From Macrostomum lignano (Eukaryota), in the NCBI GenBank assembly GCA_002269645.1, contig NIVC01001813.1, positions 62,001 through 126,000 on the forward strand: DNA of 64,000 nt, written 5' to 3'. Below, piece after piece: positions 39,865-50,613 of the stretch. A model generated the notes under the pieces. The model was not told the origin of the DNA. It did no database searches and saw nothing but the letters and a program-made list of their open reading frames with translations. Position 1 is the stretch's first letter. Every line of letters begins with the position of its first letter. The position numbers were made by a program, and so were the translations under genes.

Positions 39865-40920
39865 GCATGACAGCATAGAAAACAGCATGACAGTATAGAA
39901 AACAGCATGACAGTATAGAAAACAGCATGACAGTATAGAAAACAGCATGACAGTATATAAAACAGCATGACAGTATAGAAAACAGCATGACAGTATAGAA
40001 AACAGCATGACAGTATAGAAAACAGCATGACAGTATAGAAAACAGCATGACAGCATAGAAAACAGCATGACAGTATAGAAAACAGCATGACAGCATAGAA
40101 AACAGCATGACAGTATAGAAAACAGCATGACAGTATAGAAAACAGCATGACAGCATAGAAAACAGCATGACAGTATAGAAAACAGCATGACAGTATAGAA
40201 AACAGCATGACAGTATAGAAAACAGCATGACAGTATAGAAAACAGCATGACAGTATAGAAAACAGCATGACAGTATAGAAAACAGCATGACAGTATAGAA
40301 AACTGCATGACAGTATAGAAAACAGCATGACAGTATAGAAAACAGCATGACAGTATAGAAAACAGCATGACAGTATAGAAAACAGCATGACAGTATAGAA
40401 AACAGCATGACAGTATAGAAAACAGCATGACAGTATAGAAAACAGCATGACAGTATAGAAAACAGCATGACAGTATAGAAAACAGCATGACAGTATAGAA
40501 AACAGCATGACAGTATAGAAAACAGCATGACAGTATAGAAAACAGCATGACAGTATAGAAAACAGCATGACAGTATAGAAAACAGCATGACAGTATAGAA
40601 AACAGCATGACAGTATAGAAAACAGCATGACAGTATAGAAAACAGCATGACAGTATAGAAAACAGCATGACAGTAAAGAAAACAGCATGACAGTATAGAA
40701 AACAGCATGACAGTATAGAAAACTGCATGACAGTATAGAAAACTGCATGACAGTATAGAAAACAGCATGACAGTATAGAAAACAGCATGACAGTAAAGAA
40801 AACAGCATGACAGTATAGAAAACTGCATGACAGTATAGAAAACAGCATGACAGTATAGAAAACAGCATGACAGTATAGAAAACAGCATGACAGTATAGAA
40901 AACAGCATGACAGTAAAGAA
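39865..40920. repeat. 20-bp minisatellite (AACAGCATGACAGTATAGAA)
   Basis: About 52 highly homogeneous copies. Confidence 0.97.
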
Positions 40921-41445
40921 AGCAACATGAAAATAATTGCGACAAAGGAAGCCAATCAGGTAAAAAACAGTGTCAAGCAGCTTGTTCCAGCATACTCCAT
41001 CAGCATGTGCTTTTAGTTTTGGGCCTCGTGCCATGCTCTGAAGCACGGCTCAAGGCACAAGCTTGGCTGCCCGTTGCAAGCAGCGCAGAGAAAGACAGTT
41101 CGCTTCTGCAGGCCAGCATTGCAAATTCGACAGTGCTTTGTTGGGTGTCGCTGTGTGGTAGTTGCTGGCAAGCGCGTTGGTGCTGCTGCTGCTGCTGCTG
41201 CTGCAGGAGCCTTCCACCTCGCAAGCGCCCAACGCCGGTATCGCAGACTGAAATTCGCTGACATACTTCTAAAAAAAAGTGCAAGAACGTGCGGGAACCG
41301 CCAATGTGCTTATAGGCTATAAAGGAGTTGCGAACAAATTGCAGCAAGAGATAGGAGGCCAGCTTGAAAAACTACTTCTGTGTTCTTCTACTTGTCTTGT
41401 AGGGCTCACAACTCAATCCTGTCCACTCCTCCCATGCTTTGGTTG

Positions 41446-42357
41446 TGAAGTACTTCTCCTTCTCGGGCTCTTGAAGATGTTCCTAGAAAATAGAACCCGC
41501 TGCTCCTGAAGAAGCTAGATAGCAACGCAGTACTACCTATCGATTTGCCTGAAAATGAACCTAAAACGTTGCCGTGACTTGGTAGGGTTGCTGCCACCTT
41601 GGTGTGTGGACCCGACGCGTCGGCAGAGTTGTCTATCCGTCACCTGAAAGAAAAATAACAAAGTCGCTCGGAGCAAAGGCAAATCTGAAAAAAAAAGTCT
41701 CGACAGTTGATCGTCTTAGTAGAATGCTGCTCGAACCTGAAAACCTGTAAAACCTGAAATGAGAGAGGAGAGCTCGGAGGAGAGTTCCCGAGTCAGCCAC
41801 GATGCTCCGCGAGACGACGCAGACTGGAGAAAAATGGCTCGCAGATGCTCCGTATTTATAGCCGAGCGGACCCCCAAAAGTCACGTGAGTTTCATGCGGT
41901 GAGCGCGTGAAACTTCCTTATTCGGGCATTGGAATCATGCGAGCGACGCGTGATCCAAGGCCAACTTCCAAATAAGGCAACCCTGTCACGCGGCAGTGGC
42001 GTGACTCAAGGTCAGTGGCCACGCACAGAGTGCGTGCACAGTCACGTGCTTAGTCTGTGCTAAAAATAGAAACGTGGGCGGATGAGTCATCCTGTTTACT
42101 CCCTCTAGGCAGCCCTTTCACTCCGCGCAGGTGATGAGTCACCCTGCAACGCCTCCTCAGCGCGAGTGGGAAGACATTAAGTGTGGCTGCCCGCGCCCGC
42201 TCAGGCGATGAGTCATTGGGCAGTAAACACATAGGCCCAGCACAGGGTATCTCTCTCACCAGATCAGGTGGACTGAGCTACTGTGCAGCGGATCACAGCA
42301 CTCTCTAGGAAAGCTAGTGAATGCTGCTGAATAACCAGTTAGCAGCCAGTCACTACA
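41446..42357 (-). mobile_element. 912-bp solo LTR inserted in the piggyBac transposase
   Basis: Minus-strand termini TGTAG...CTTCA with 4-bp TSD (GTTG at 41442-41445 and 42358-42361). Removal restores GAC TAC AAC CAA AGC ATG GGA GGA GTG GAC (DYNQSMGGVD). Confidence 0.85.
41853..42215 (-). promoter_or_regulatory. LTR promoter: TATAAATA, two CACGTG E-boxes, four TGASTCA AP-1 sites
   Basis: TATA 41853-41860 (minus); CACGTG 41882 and 42043; TGA(C/G)TCA at 42002, 42083, 42135, 42209. Confidence 0.6.
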
Positions 42358-42754
42358 GTTGTAGTCTAGAGCTGTCTGAGATTTCAGCAGGTGCTGCTCC
42401 TGACCCCCTCGCTGAACCCTTGTAACTTGCACACACAGTGCCAGCACTGTCTAGCATGTACACGGTCTTTAGGCCAGAGGCTCGCCGATCCACAATCTTC
42501 ACAGCTAGCAGCTCCCCACGCCTAGAAAAGGCGTTGGATGGTGGGTGCAACACCTGCTGCTTCAGAGCCGCAGCGGGAACACCGCATTGTGCTCGCACTG
42601 TGCCTGTCAACAGAGTGTCTCTGGAGCAACCAGTCAGTGAGCCGTGCCGAGCAAAACCAGGTGCCACAAAAGATCCTGAACCCGAGGTCCAAGATGTACC
42701 GAGACAGTTCTACGATGATGCGTTCCGACAGCGACAGCTACTGCGCATCCTGGC

Positions 42755-43190
42755 CCAACAGGTTGTTTTGGGCTGCAGTGGAGTGGATCAGAAAGTTCCA
42801 ACATGTTGTTTTGGGCCGCAGTGGAGTGGATCAGAAAGTCCCAACAGGTTGTTTTGGGCCGCAGTGGAGTGGATTAGAAAGTTCCAACAGGTTGTTTTGG
42901 GCTACAGTGGAGTGGATCAGAAAGTTCCAACAGGCTGTTTTGGGCTACAGTGGAGTGGATCAGAAAGTTCCAACAGGTTGTTTTGGGCTACAGTGGAGTG
43001 GATCAGAAAGTTCCAACAGGTTGTTTTGGGCCGCAGTCGAGTGGATCAGAAAGCTCCAACACGTTGTTTTGGGCTACAGTGGAGTGGATCAGAAAGTTCC
43101 AACAGGTTGTTTTGGGCTGCAGTCGAGTGGATCAGAAAGTTCCAACAGGTTGTTTTGGGCCGCAGTGGAATGGATCAGAAAGTTCCACAA
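42755..43190. repeat. 43-bp tandem repeat derived from transposase coding sequence
   Basis: Unit equals the minus-strand codons for (W)NFLIHSTAAQNNLL, about 10 copies. Confidence 0.9.
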
Positions 43191-43909
43191 ATAGCCACTG
43201 TTCGATTCGGCTGGACAGTACAGCTTGATGCCGAGCTTTGCCTTTTTGTTGGGCATGTACTGAAGAAAGTGGAGCCTACCTTTGTAAAGTAGCAATGACT
43301 TGTCAACAGAAATATTTTGAAGTGGCATGTACTTATTTTGACAGATGGACTGGACTTTGTTTAAAAAAGGTCGATCTTGCACAGCGGATCAGCTTCTTTA
43401 ACCTCCGTGCAATCGTAGCAGCGAAACCAGGTCATGGTGAGATGACTCATGGTGGAAGTCCTGATGATGCATAAGATCAGTTGACCAATGCATGCTAATA
43501 TCTGGCTTCTGTACTACTCCCATGTGCAGCAGAATCCCGATAAACTGCATTTCCTTCAGGCTGCATGCAGGCTTCTAATTTAGGAGCTTCCATGGCAGCT
43601 CTCCGTTTTCTTGTTGACTTTGCGTAACAGCCCTGTTTGCTCTGGCGGTTGTCCAGGCGCACAAACTTTGCAGAAGACTGTCGGGAAGTAATTGACCAAG
43701 GATGGCAGCCATGCAATTTTCAATGTTGTCCGGCACAAGAAATCCGGATGCAGACCAGGCACAGACCAATAAGTATAACTAGACTGCGCATGTGGGGCAA
43801 GAAATGTGTGCCTCTTTCCAAGTAAGATAAATGGGGTCGCCATCATAAACCCGAAATATCACAAACCCGAAATATCATAAACCCGAAATATCAGGTTGTT
43901 TTGGGCCGC

Positions 43910-45020
43910 CTCAGGTGGATTTACACTGCCATTGTTAGACCGGCCATCTCCTTTGCCGGCTACATTTGGAACAGTGCCCTAGAGGTGAAAGGGCTTCTTG
44001 AAGCTCCTAATAGGGTGCAAGGCCGCGCTTCTTGAGCTATCATGAGCGCGACTCCCTCTACGCCCTTTGCTGGCATGAACTCCTTTCTGGACCTTCCCAG
44101 TGACCTCTTTGTCAGAGGGGCGGCAGTAAAGACCACCCGCCGTCTGCTCGACGTGGGTGGCCCTCATCCAGAAGCAGTTCGCCTTTAGAAAGTGGAACCT
44201 CCGGCTAAAGCTAGTCAGAGAATAGCGTGAAGGCATAGAGGGGGCGTACACTACAGGGTCCCAAATCAACTCCGCCTCTGACTACGGCTACTGCATCGCA
44301 TCTGGAGGGAGAACTGCGGCGACCTTCTCCCAGCACACCGCGGCACCTGCTCCACCGTTTCTCAGAACGAAGTTCTCGCCATCAGCTCCTGCGCCATTGA
44401 GATGTACAATCAGCGTGTCTGAGGTAAGGAGATTACCCTCCACTCAAACGTTCAGTGGTGATCAACGCGCTTGAGCGTAGTAACACCTGCTCGACTGCAT
44501 CGGGCAGCTTAACCGCTGAGGTGCCTCTAACAAGGTGTCCGCGGGCACTCGGGCTACCCCGGCAACGAGTTGGCCGATCTCCTGACTGTTCTGTTGTTGA
44601 ATTAACGACCGCAGAAACAAGATAGATAATTATCCGGGCGCTCAGTGGCACCAAAAGAGGGCTTGGCCAATAGGATGCTGTTTTGCCAGGCATCGCCACC
44701 TCCAGGAAAAAATCCGTAGCGAAGAATGATGCCCTTTCTGCGTCTCCGGTGTCGAGAATGCGGAGCACTTCATCTGTGAATGCCCCGCCTTTACTCAGGA
44801 CAGGCTCGCCTACCTCGGCCCAAAACCGGACCTCTCCGAGGTTTTTAGGCCCGAAAATCTCCTTTTTAGGCTCTCCGGAGGGGGACTGCGCTGCGGACAC
44901 CGGCACCACCGGATCTCCCTGCGCGACACCGCAGCACCAGCTGCCCGTGGTCGCCAAGGGGTTAGGGGAATCGCCACCCCGCTGTGTCCGGATGCCCGGA
45001 GCGCCCTGCAGCTGAGTCAA
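43910..45020 (+). mobile_element. Decayed 3' fragment of a LINE related to 28888-33006
   Basis: VQGRAS*AIMSATPSTPFAGMNSFLDLP, VSQNEVLAISSC, CPFCVSGVENAEHFICECPAF; 3' end GCCCTGCAGCTGAGTCAA matches the intact copy. Confidence 0.8.
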
Positions 45021-45281
45021 AAGGTGTCAGCTAAGGCCGGCAGGGTCAGAGAGAGCCGTGAGAAGTAAAAAAGTAACCAGCAAAATTCAAAATTCAACCG
45101 GAGGCCAAGTTGATACGAGTAACAAGTTTCCTGTGCTGGCCTGAAATTTCTTGCCCTACTGATAAGACGGCCGATATGAATAGGCTGTCAGTTCGGAAGT
45201 TGCTTTTCCTTCCTTTAGAAGACTCAACTTTTACCAAGCCAAATTGACTGATCCTTCGAAAGAAAACCAACAGAAGCGACA

Positions 45282-47922
45282 ATGGCCCGGTTCTCTCTGC
45301 TTTCAGTGATTCTCCTGCACCTGGTTGTTGTCTCCATGCAGCAGGGCGACGATGAGACTCTCGGTGAGTTGCCGTTGTCCGGCCTTCTGTGTAACTTGTG
45401 CTCTGGGCTATCGCAATCTTCACACGACCTGGCGTATTTTTATTTCATGAGGTCAAGAAGCTAAAGTTAAATCTAGTTTAAGCTTAATTTTGGCCTCTAG
45501 TAATGCTTTTAATCAGATCGACTAACTCGTGAAATCCCCCTGTAAAGCGCATAACTAACTTATAATGCTCAGGTGGGTATTGAGAAGTCAAGCAGTGGCT
45601 AATAGAGACAGTGAGAAGCCATATCTTAAACCACTGCAGCGCTGCAAAATCTTCAGACAACATTTTAAGCTACTAGCAGGTAATACGAGCGCATAAAACA
45701 TGCACGTTGCTGAACCCCCCGCAATCCGCAGACATTCGACAGAGGCTCTGCAGCATCTCGGTGTCGATGATCAACGACCAGATCGAAAGAGAGTTCAGCG
45801 CCATGTACCTCTATGAGACAATGGTAAGTCTTTTCTCTGATCCCACGCATTGCCAAGGTCTCCACCCAACCACCTTATTTCGTGCTAAACTCTGCAGAGT
45901 GTCTTACTCAGGGAGTACGAGCGTATTTTTCTATCAATAATTTTGTTAAAACAAACTCTTAGCCCTCGTGTGAAACTCTATCCGTTGAACCCCGGTTTTA
46001 ACCTCAGTTTCATTCAATCCGAATTCCTAGCTTAAATTGAAAACGCAAGTTCGCCGACCGCCACGCCCGCAGGCCAACTACTTCGGCGGGCCCAGCGTCG
46101 GTCTTCCCTGCATCGAGAATTTTTTCAAGAAGGCCGCCGACAAGCAGCGAGAGCGCGCGCACAAACTGATCGACTACCTCATCATGCGGGGCGGCCACGT
46201 CAAGCTGAAGCTGATTATTGTGAGTGCTTGTTCACCAAGCCACTTCACACCTGGTCACCTAACACCTGGTCACCTAACACCTGGTCACCTAACACCTGGT
46301 CACCTAACACCTGGTCACCTAACACCTGGTCACCTAACACCTGGTAACCTAACACCTGGTAACCTAACATCTTGTCAACAACACCTGGTCACCTGATCCC
46401 CTGGTCACCTTATCCCCTGGTCACCTTATCCCTGGTCACCTTATCCCTGGTCACCTGATCCCTGGTCACCTGATCCCTGGTCATCTGATCCCTGGTCACC
46501 TTATCCCTGGTCACCTGATCCCTGGTCACCTGATCCCTGGTCATCTGATCCCTGGTCACCTTATCCCCTGGTCACCTTATCCCTGGTCACCTTATCCCTG
46601 GTCACCTGATCCCTGGTCACCTGATCCCTGGTCATCTGATCCCTGGTCACCTGATCTTCTGGTCACCTGATCCCCTAGTCACCTGATCTTCTGGTCACCT
46701 GATCCCCTGGTCACCTGATCCCTGGTCATCTGATCCCTGGTCACCTGATCTCCTGGTCACCTGATCCCTGGTCACCTGATCCCTTGTCACCTGATCTCCT
46801 GGTCATCTGATCCCTGGACACCTGATCTCCTGGTCACCTGATCCCCTGGTCACCTGATCCCTGGACACCTGATCTCCTGGTCACCTGATCTCCTGGTCAT
46901 CTGATCCCTGGACACCTGATCTCCTGGTCACCTGATCCCCTGTTCACCTGATCCCTGGTCATCTGATCCCTGGACACCTGATCTCCTGGTCACCTGATCC
47001 CCTGTTCACCTGATCCCTGGTCATCTGATCCCTGGACACCTGATCTCCTGGTCACCTGATCCCCTGGTCACCTGATACCCTGGTAACCTGATCCACTGAT
47101 CACCTGATCCCTGGTCACTTGATCCTCTGATCCCAGTTCCCGGTTATTAGAACAGTTTGATATTTATTTTTCAAACTACAGCTTAAAGCTTCAATGTAGC
47201 CCCATAAACGTATCTTTGTTGCAGCCTCCTGGCAAGTTGGACTGGTCCTCCGCCCTTGCTGCAGCCAAGATGGCTCTTGACGTCGAGAGGAACATCACAC
47301 AGGAGTTGTACAGACTGCGAGATCGGGCCGTCGACATGGGGAGCGACCCGCATGTAAGCCTTACTGTAGATGGCCGCTCTGATTGGGTACTGAACTAGCC
47401 TGTCAAATATTGAGTGCATTCCTGTCAAATCGATAAATTCATTCTCATGTATTTGGGGCCTTCTTGGCTTCACGCATAGTTCTAATGCCAACAAAACACC
47501 AGCCAAAATGCTACGCTGTGAGGCACCTCGCTGATTGGCTGGCTGGCTCAGCCCCAGCTGACTCACCCCCAACCTCCGCCCGAACTCCCTACCACCAGCC
47601 AGCCAATCATCAGCGTCAGTATTTTTTCAAGAGACTATTATCCATATACTAAAATATACTAAAAATTCTATCTAAGTCTTCCATTTGCTACAAAAATGCT
47701 CACCTTCAGCTTAACAGAAAATAACTGTATATGTCTCTATGTCTACGTGCACTCTACAAAATTGATACTCGAGTCTTGAAATTTCAGCTGGTGGGCTTCA
47801 TCGAGTCCGAGTTCCTGACCGAGCAGGTGACGGGCATCCGGGATCTGCGGAAACTCATTGCTCGCCTGTCTAGGGCTGGCAGCGGCCTTGGCGGGCTCAT
47901 TGTGGATAAGGAGCTCAACTAG
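45282..47922 (+). CDS. Secreted ferritin copy 2 (ferroxidase ligands substituted; exon-2 acceptor altered, possibly a pseudogene)
   Basis: Exons 45282-45363, ~45690-45823, 46073-46219, 47225-47353, 47788-47922. Helix B reads KAADKQRERAHKL. The CATAG|CC acceptor of the other copies is missing. Confidence 0.75.
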
Positions 47923-48159
47923 AGACTGCGGAGAGGTCGGAGAGGACCGACGCGATTTCATGCGTGTAGCTGACTTGCCTGACTGCAGGACCAGCATTAT
48001 GACGCTCAAGCTGGGTTTCAGATTATCGATGACTCCATTTTCTGATACCAGCGCTATAATTACGAATTATAGTATCGTATAGTATCGTTATCCGAATTCC
48101 CTGGTCACTTAACACCTGATCAATCTTGTCCAACGGCACCTATGGTCATCTTGTACTAC

Positions 48160-48320
48160 TGGCGCCACACGAAAGACCCACATGAGCAAGCGTGACAGCA
48201 ACACGCCGAAGCGGAAATATTCATGTGTAGGATGCCAACCTCGCTTGGTTTCGGGCACGCCTGTCGTCAACAGGTCGGCGCTCGCTTGCCTGCCCGTGCT
48301 TGGTCCTGCAGCTGCATGGC
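48160..48320 (+). mobile_element. Interspersed repeat starting TGGCGCCACACGAAAG, second copy at ~55947-56110; possible LTR-retrotransposon PBS/leader
   Basis: Two similar copies in the window. TGGCGCC start resembles a tRNA primer-binding site (inference). Confidence 0.45.
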
Positions 48321-48999
48321 CGCCGCTGCAGTAAAGTGCATGCGGTTTTTACTGTATTTTGTCTTGATCAATTGATAAAGATAAATTTAAGTTTGCACCT
48401 GTTTGTAAATAATTTTTCAAATTGGTTCAGTTTTCTATTAGCAAAAACCATGAATGAAATAATCCAGGCAGCAACAGTCTAAACCGTCACTCTAGACCAA
48501 GATGTCAAGGGGGGAAATGGCTGAGATGTCGGTCAGAAGCTACATGTAGTTTATTGAATTTTCATATTCCATTCTTCGTTGCCGAGTTTGAGGACGAAAG
48601 ACGTCAGACTGTTGGGGCGGCGCTGATTGCTACAAGTAGTTTTCATTCTGAAACGCAGGTATCCGGCTGAAGTGATACATTTTTGGCTCAACAAATTGAA
48701 TGAAGGATAGCCGATCCCCTCCCTGCAACAGACTGAAGCTATCAGTTCGCCGGAACAATAAAACCTTACAACGAACTTGAGCTAATCGAGCTTCTTATTT
48801 AAACACCCCCTTCATATTATAGCTCATATTCTCTGTTAGCATAACCGAGATTGCTAACATCAAATACAGTGGCCTCTAAATTAACATTCCTTGTGATTGC
48901 GTCATCAGGAAAAGTTTGTAGAATCTGCCGCCTTAGTTATTTGTCCCTCTAACTGATAAAAGAAGCTATTCATTCACAGAGCCGTAGTAGTGAGAGTCC

Positions 49000-50150
49000 A
49001 GAAGACGTAGGACACCCCCATAATAAAATATTTCAGCTTCTTCACCAGCGGGGTTGAAACCGCTCCGTCTTCTTGACAAGCCGCCCCTGGTTGGTAGAGA
49101 GCTCAGTGTTGGCAGTAAGTGCCGGCTGCTCAGGCGCCGGCTGATTGCCGAGATGCAGTGCAGCCCCCATGTCGGAAATGCTCTCAGTGTCTCCCAGGTC
49201 ACTTTCGAAGAAAGAAACGCCGAACTTGCGAAGCCAGATGAAGCGCCGAAAAGCCTTGCAGCTGTCCGGTTTCCGTGCGCACCCAGTACAAGCTCGGACA
49301 GTCGCCCACCCTAGCTTTCCATCTCAGCAGCCACAGAGTCCCAGCGACCACGCTGAAGCCAGACTGGCTGGCCCGCTGTCAGATGCTAAGCGGACGTGCA
49401 CCGCAGTTGTACATTTGTACTGCTCGGATCCGCTCTTTCTAAAATGCTTCGATGCTGTCGTGGACGTCAGCCTCTCGAGGTCGCAGCAGGCCCTGCACAG
49501 TTGTGGGCAGGTCGTATCCAAGCTTTCGGCCGAAGGCCATCCCAGCCGGACTTGGGAAGCCGCTGCCGGACAGGAGTGTTCCGGTAGTGCAGGAGTGCCG
49601 TCTCCAGGCTTTGGCCAGTCTCCTTGCACTTCTTCATCCGATCCTTCGCTGTTTGCACTTACCGCTCTGCTCTGCCGTTCGACTGCGGATACGGTGGGCT
49701 TGACGTCCTGTGCTCGACTAAACCTCGTAATCAGTTGACGGAGCTCCAAATCCGAGAAGCCGTCGCTGATAAGCTTCTCATGCACACCGAAGTTCTGGAA
49801 GTGGTCCTGCAGTAATTGCACTACAACCAGGCTGTACACCAGGTAGGAGGCGCCGCTGTACTCAAATCGATCAGACGAGTAGATTTAGAAGGGGAAGTCG
49901 GAATCTCCACGGACGTCAGAGCCTCTTTTATGTTCCGCTGGCAGGCTTCGCACTGGCTGACTGTGCGCTCGATGCAGTTGTGCATGCCAGGCCATGGTAG
50001 AAGTAATCCCTGGCATTCAGGCCCATCTTCACGATGTAAGGGTGCCCCGCGTGCAGGATGTTGAGGATGGAATTCCTGGTGCTGTCTTCGCGCACGTAGA
50101 TGCTGTCTTTCAGACATAGAAGCCCTGAAACGAACGTCAGATCGCACCGG
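49000..50150 (-). mobile_element. Ty3/Gypsy integrase relic
   Basis: ILNILHAGH...WPGMHNCIERTVSQCEACQRN (HHCC zinc finger), KLISDG, QTAKDRMKKCKETGQSLETALLHYRNTP; frameshifted. Confidence 0.75.
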
Positions 50151-50613
50151 AGATCCTAGAACGAGACAGACAACTAGACACGAGAATCAGTGTGAGCAGA
50201 GTTCATTAGACACGAGAATCAGTGTGAGCTGAGCTCATTAGACACGAGAATCAGTGTGAGCTGAGCTCATTAGACACGAGAATCAGTGTGAGCTGAGCTC
50301 AATAGACACGAGTATTAGTCTGAGCTGAGCTCATCGCATGCAAAGGTGTAGCTAGGTGAGGCCGGCTGGGTCAGAGAGCCGTGAGAAGTAAAAAAGTTAT
50401 CAGCAAAATGCAAGCAAGAATTCAACCAGACGCCAAGTTGATAACAGGTTCCTCTGCTGGCCTGGAATCTCTTGCCCTACTGATAAGACGGCCGATACGC
50501 TTGAATCTGAATGGGCTGTCACTTCAGAAGTTGTCAGCTTACTTCCTTAAAAAGGCTCAATTTTGGCCGTGCTAAGTTGACTGATTCTTTGACACAAACC
50601 AACAGAAGCGACA

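Larger units (their letters stand above)
41013..43770 (-). mobile_element. Degenerate piggyBac-family (PGBD-like) transposase
   Basis: ISVDKSLLLYKGRLHFLQYMPNKKAKLGIKLY (43089-43382); GTVR...LLAVKIVDRR..VYML; DYN|QSMGGVD; C-terminal CRIC...RTVFLCAAC...LCLEPCFRAWH. Many stops and frameshifts; termini not resolved. Confidence 0.85.

Noticed and set aside
39765-41046. About 400-aa hydrophobic Cys-rich ORFs
   Set aside because: Reverse-strand translation of a 20-bp satellite.
42755-43190. CRISPR-like array
   Set aside because: No unique spacers, eukaryotic context and no cas genes; the same holds for all other arrays here.
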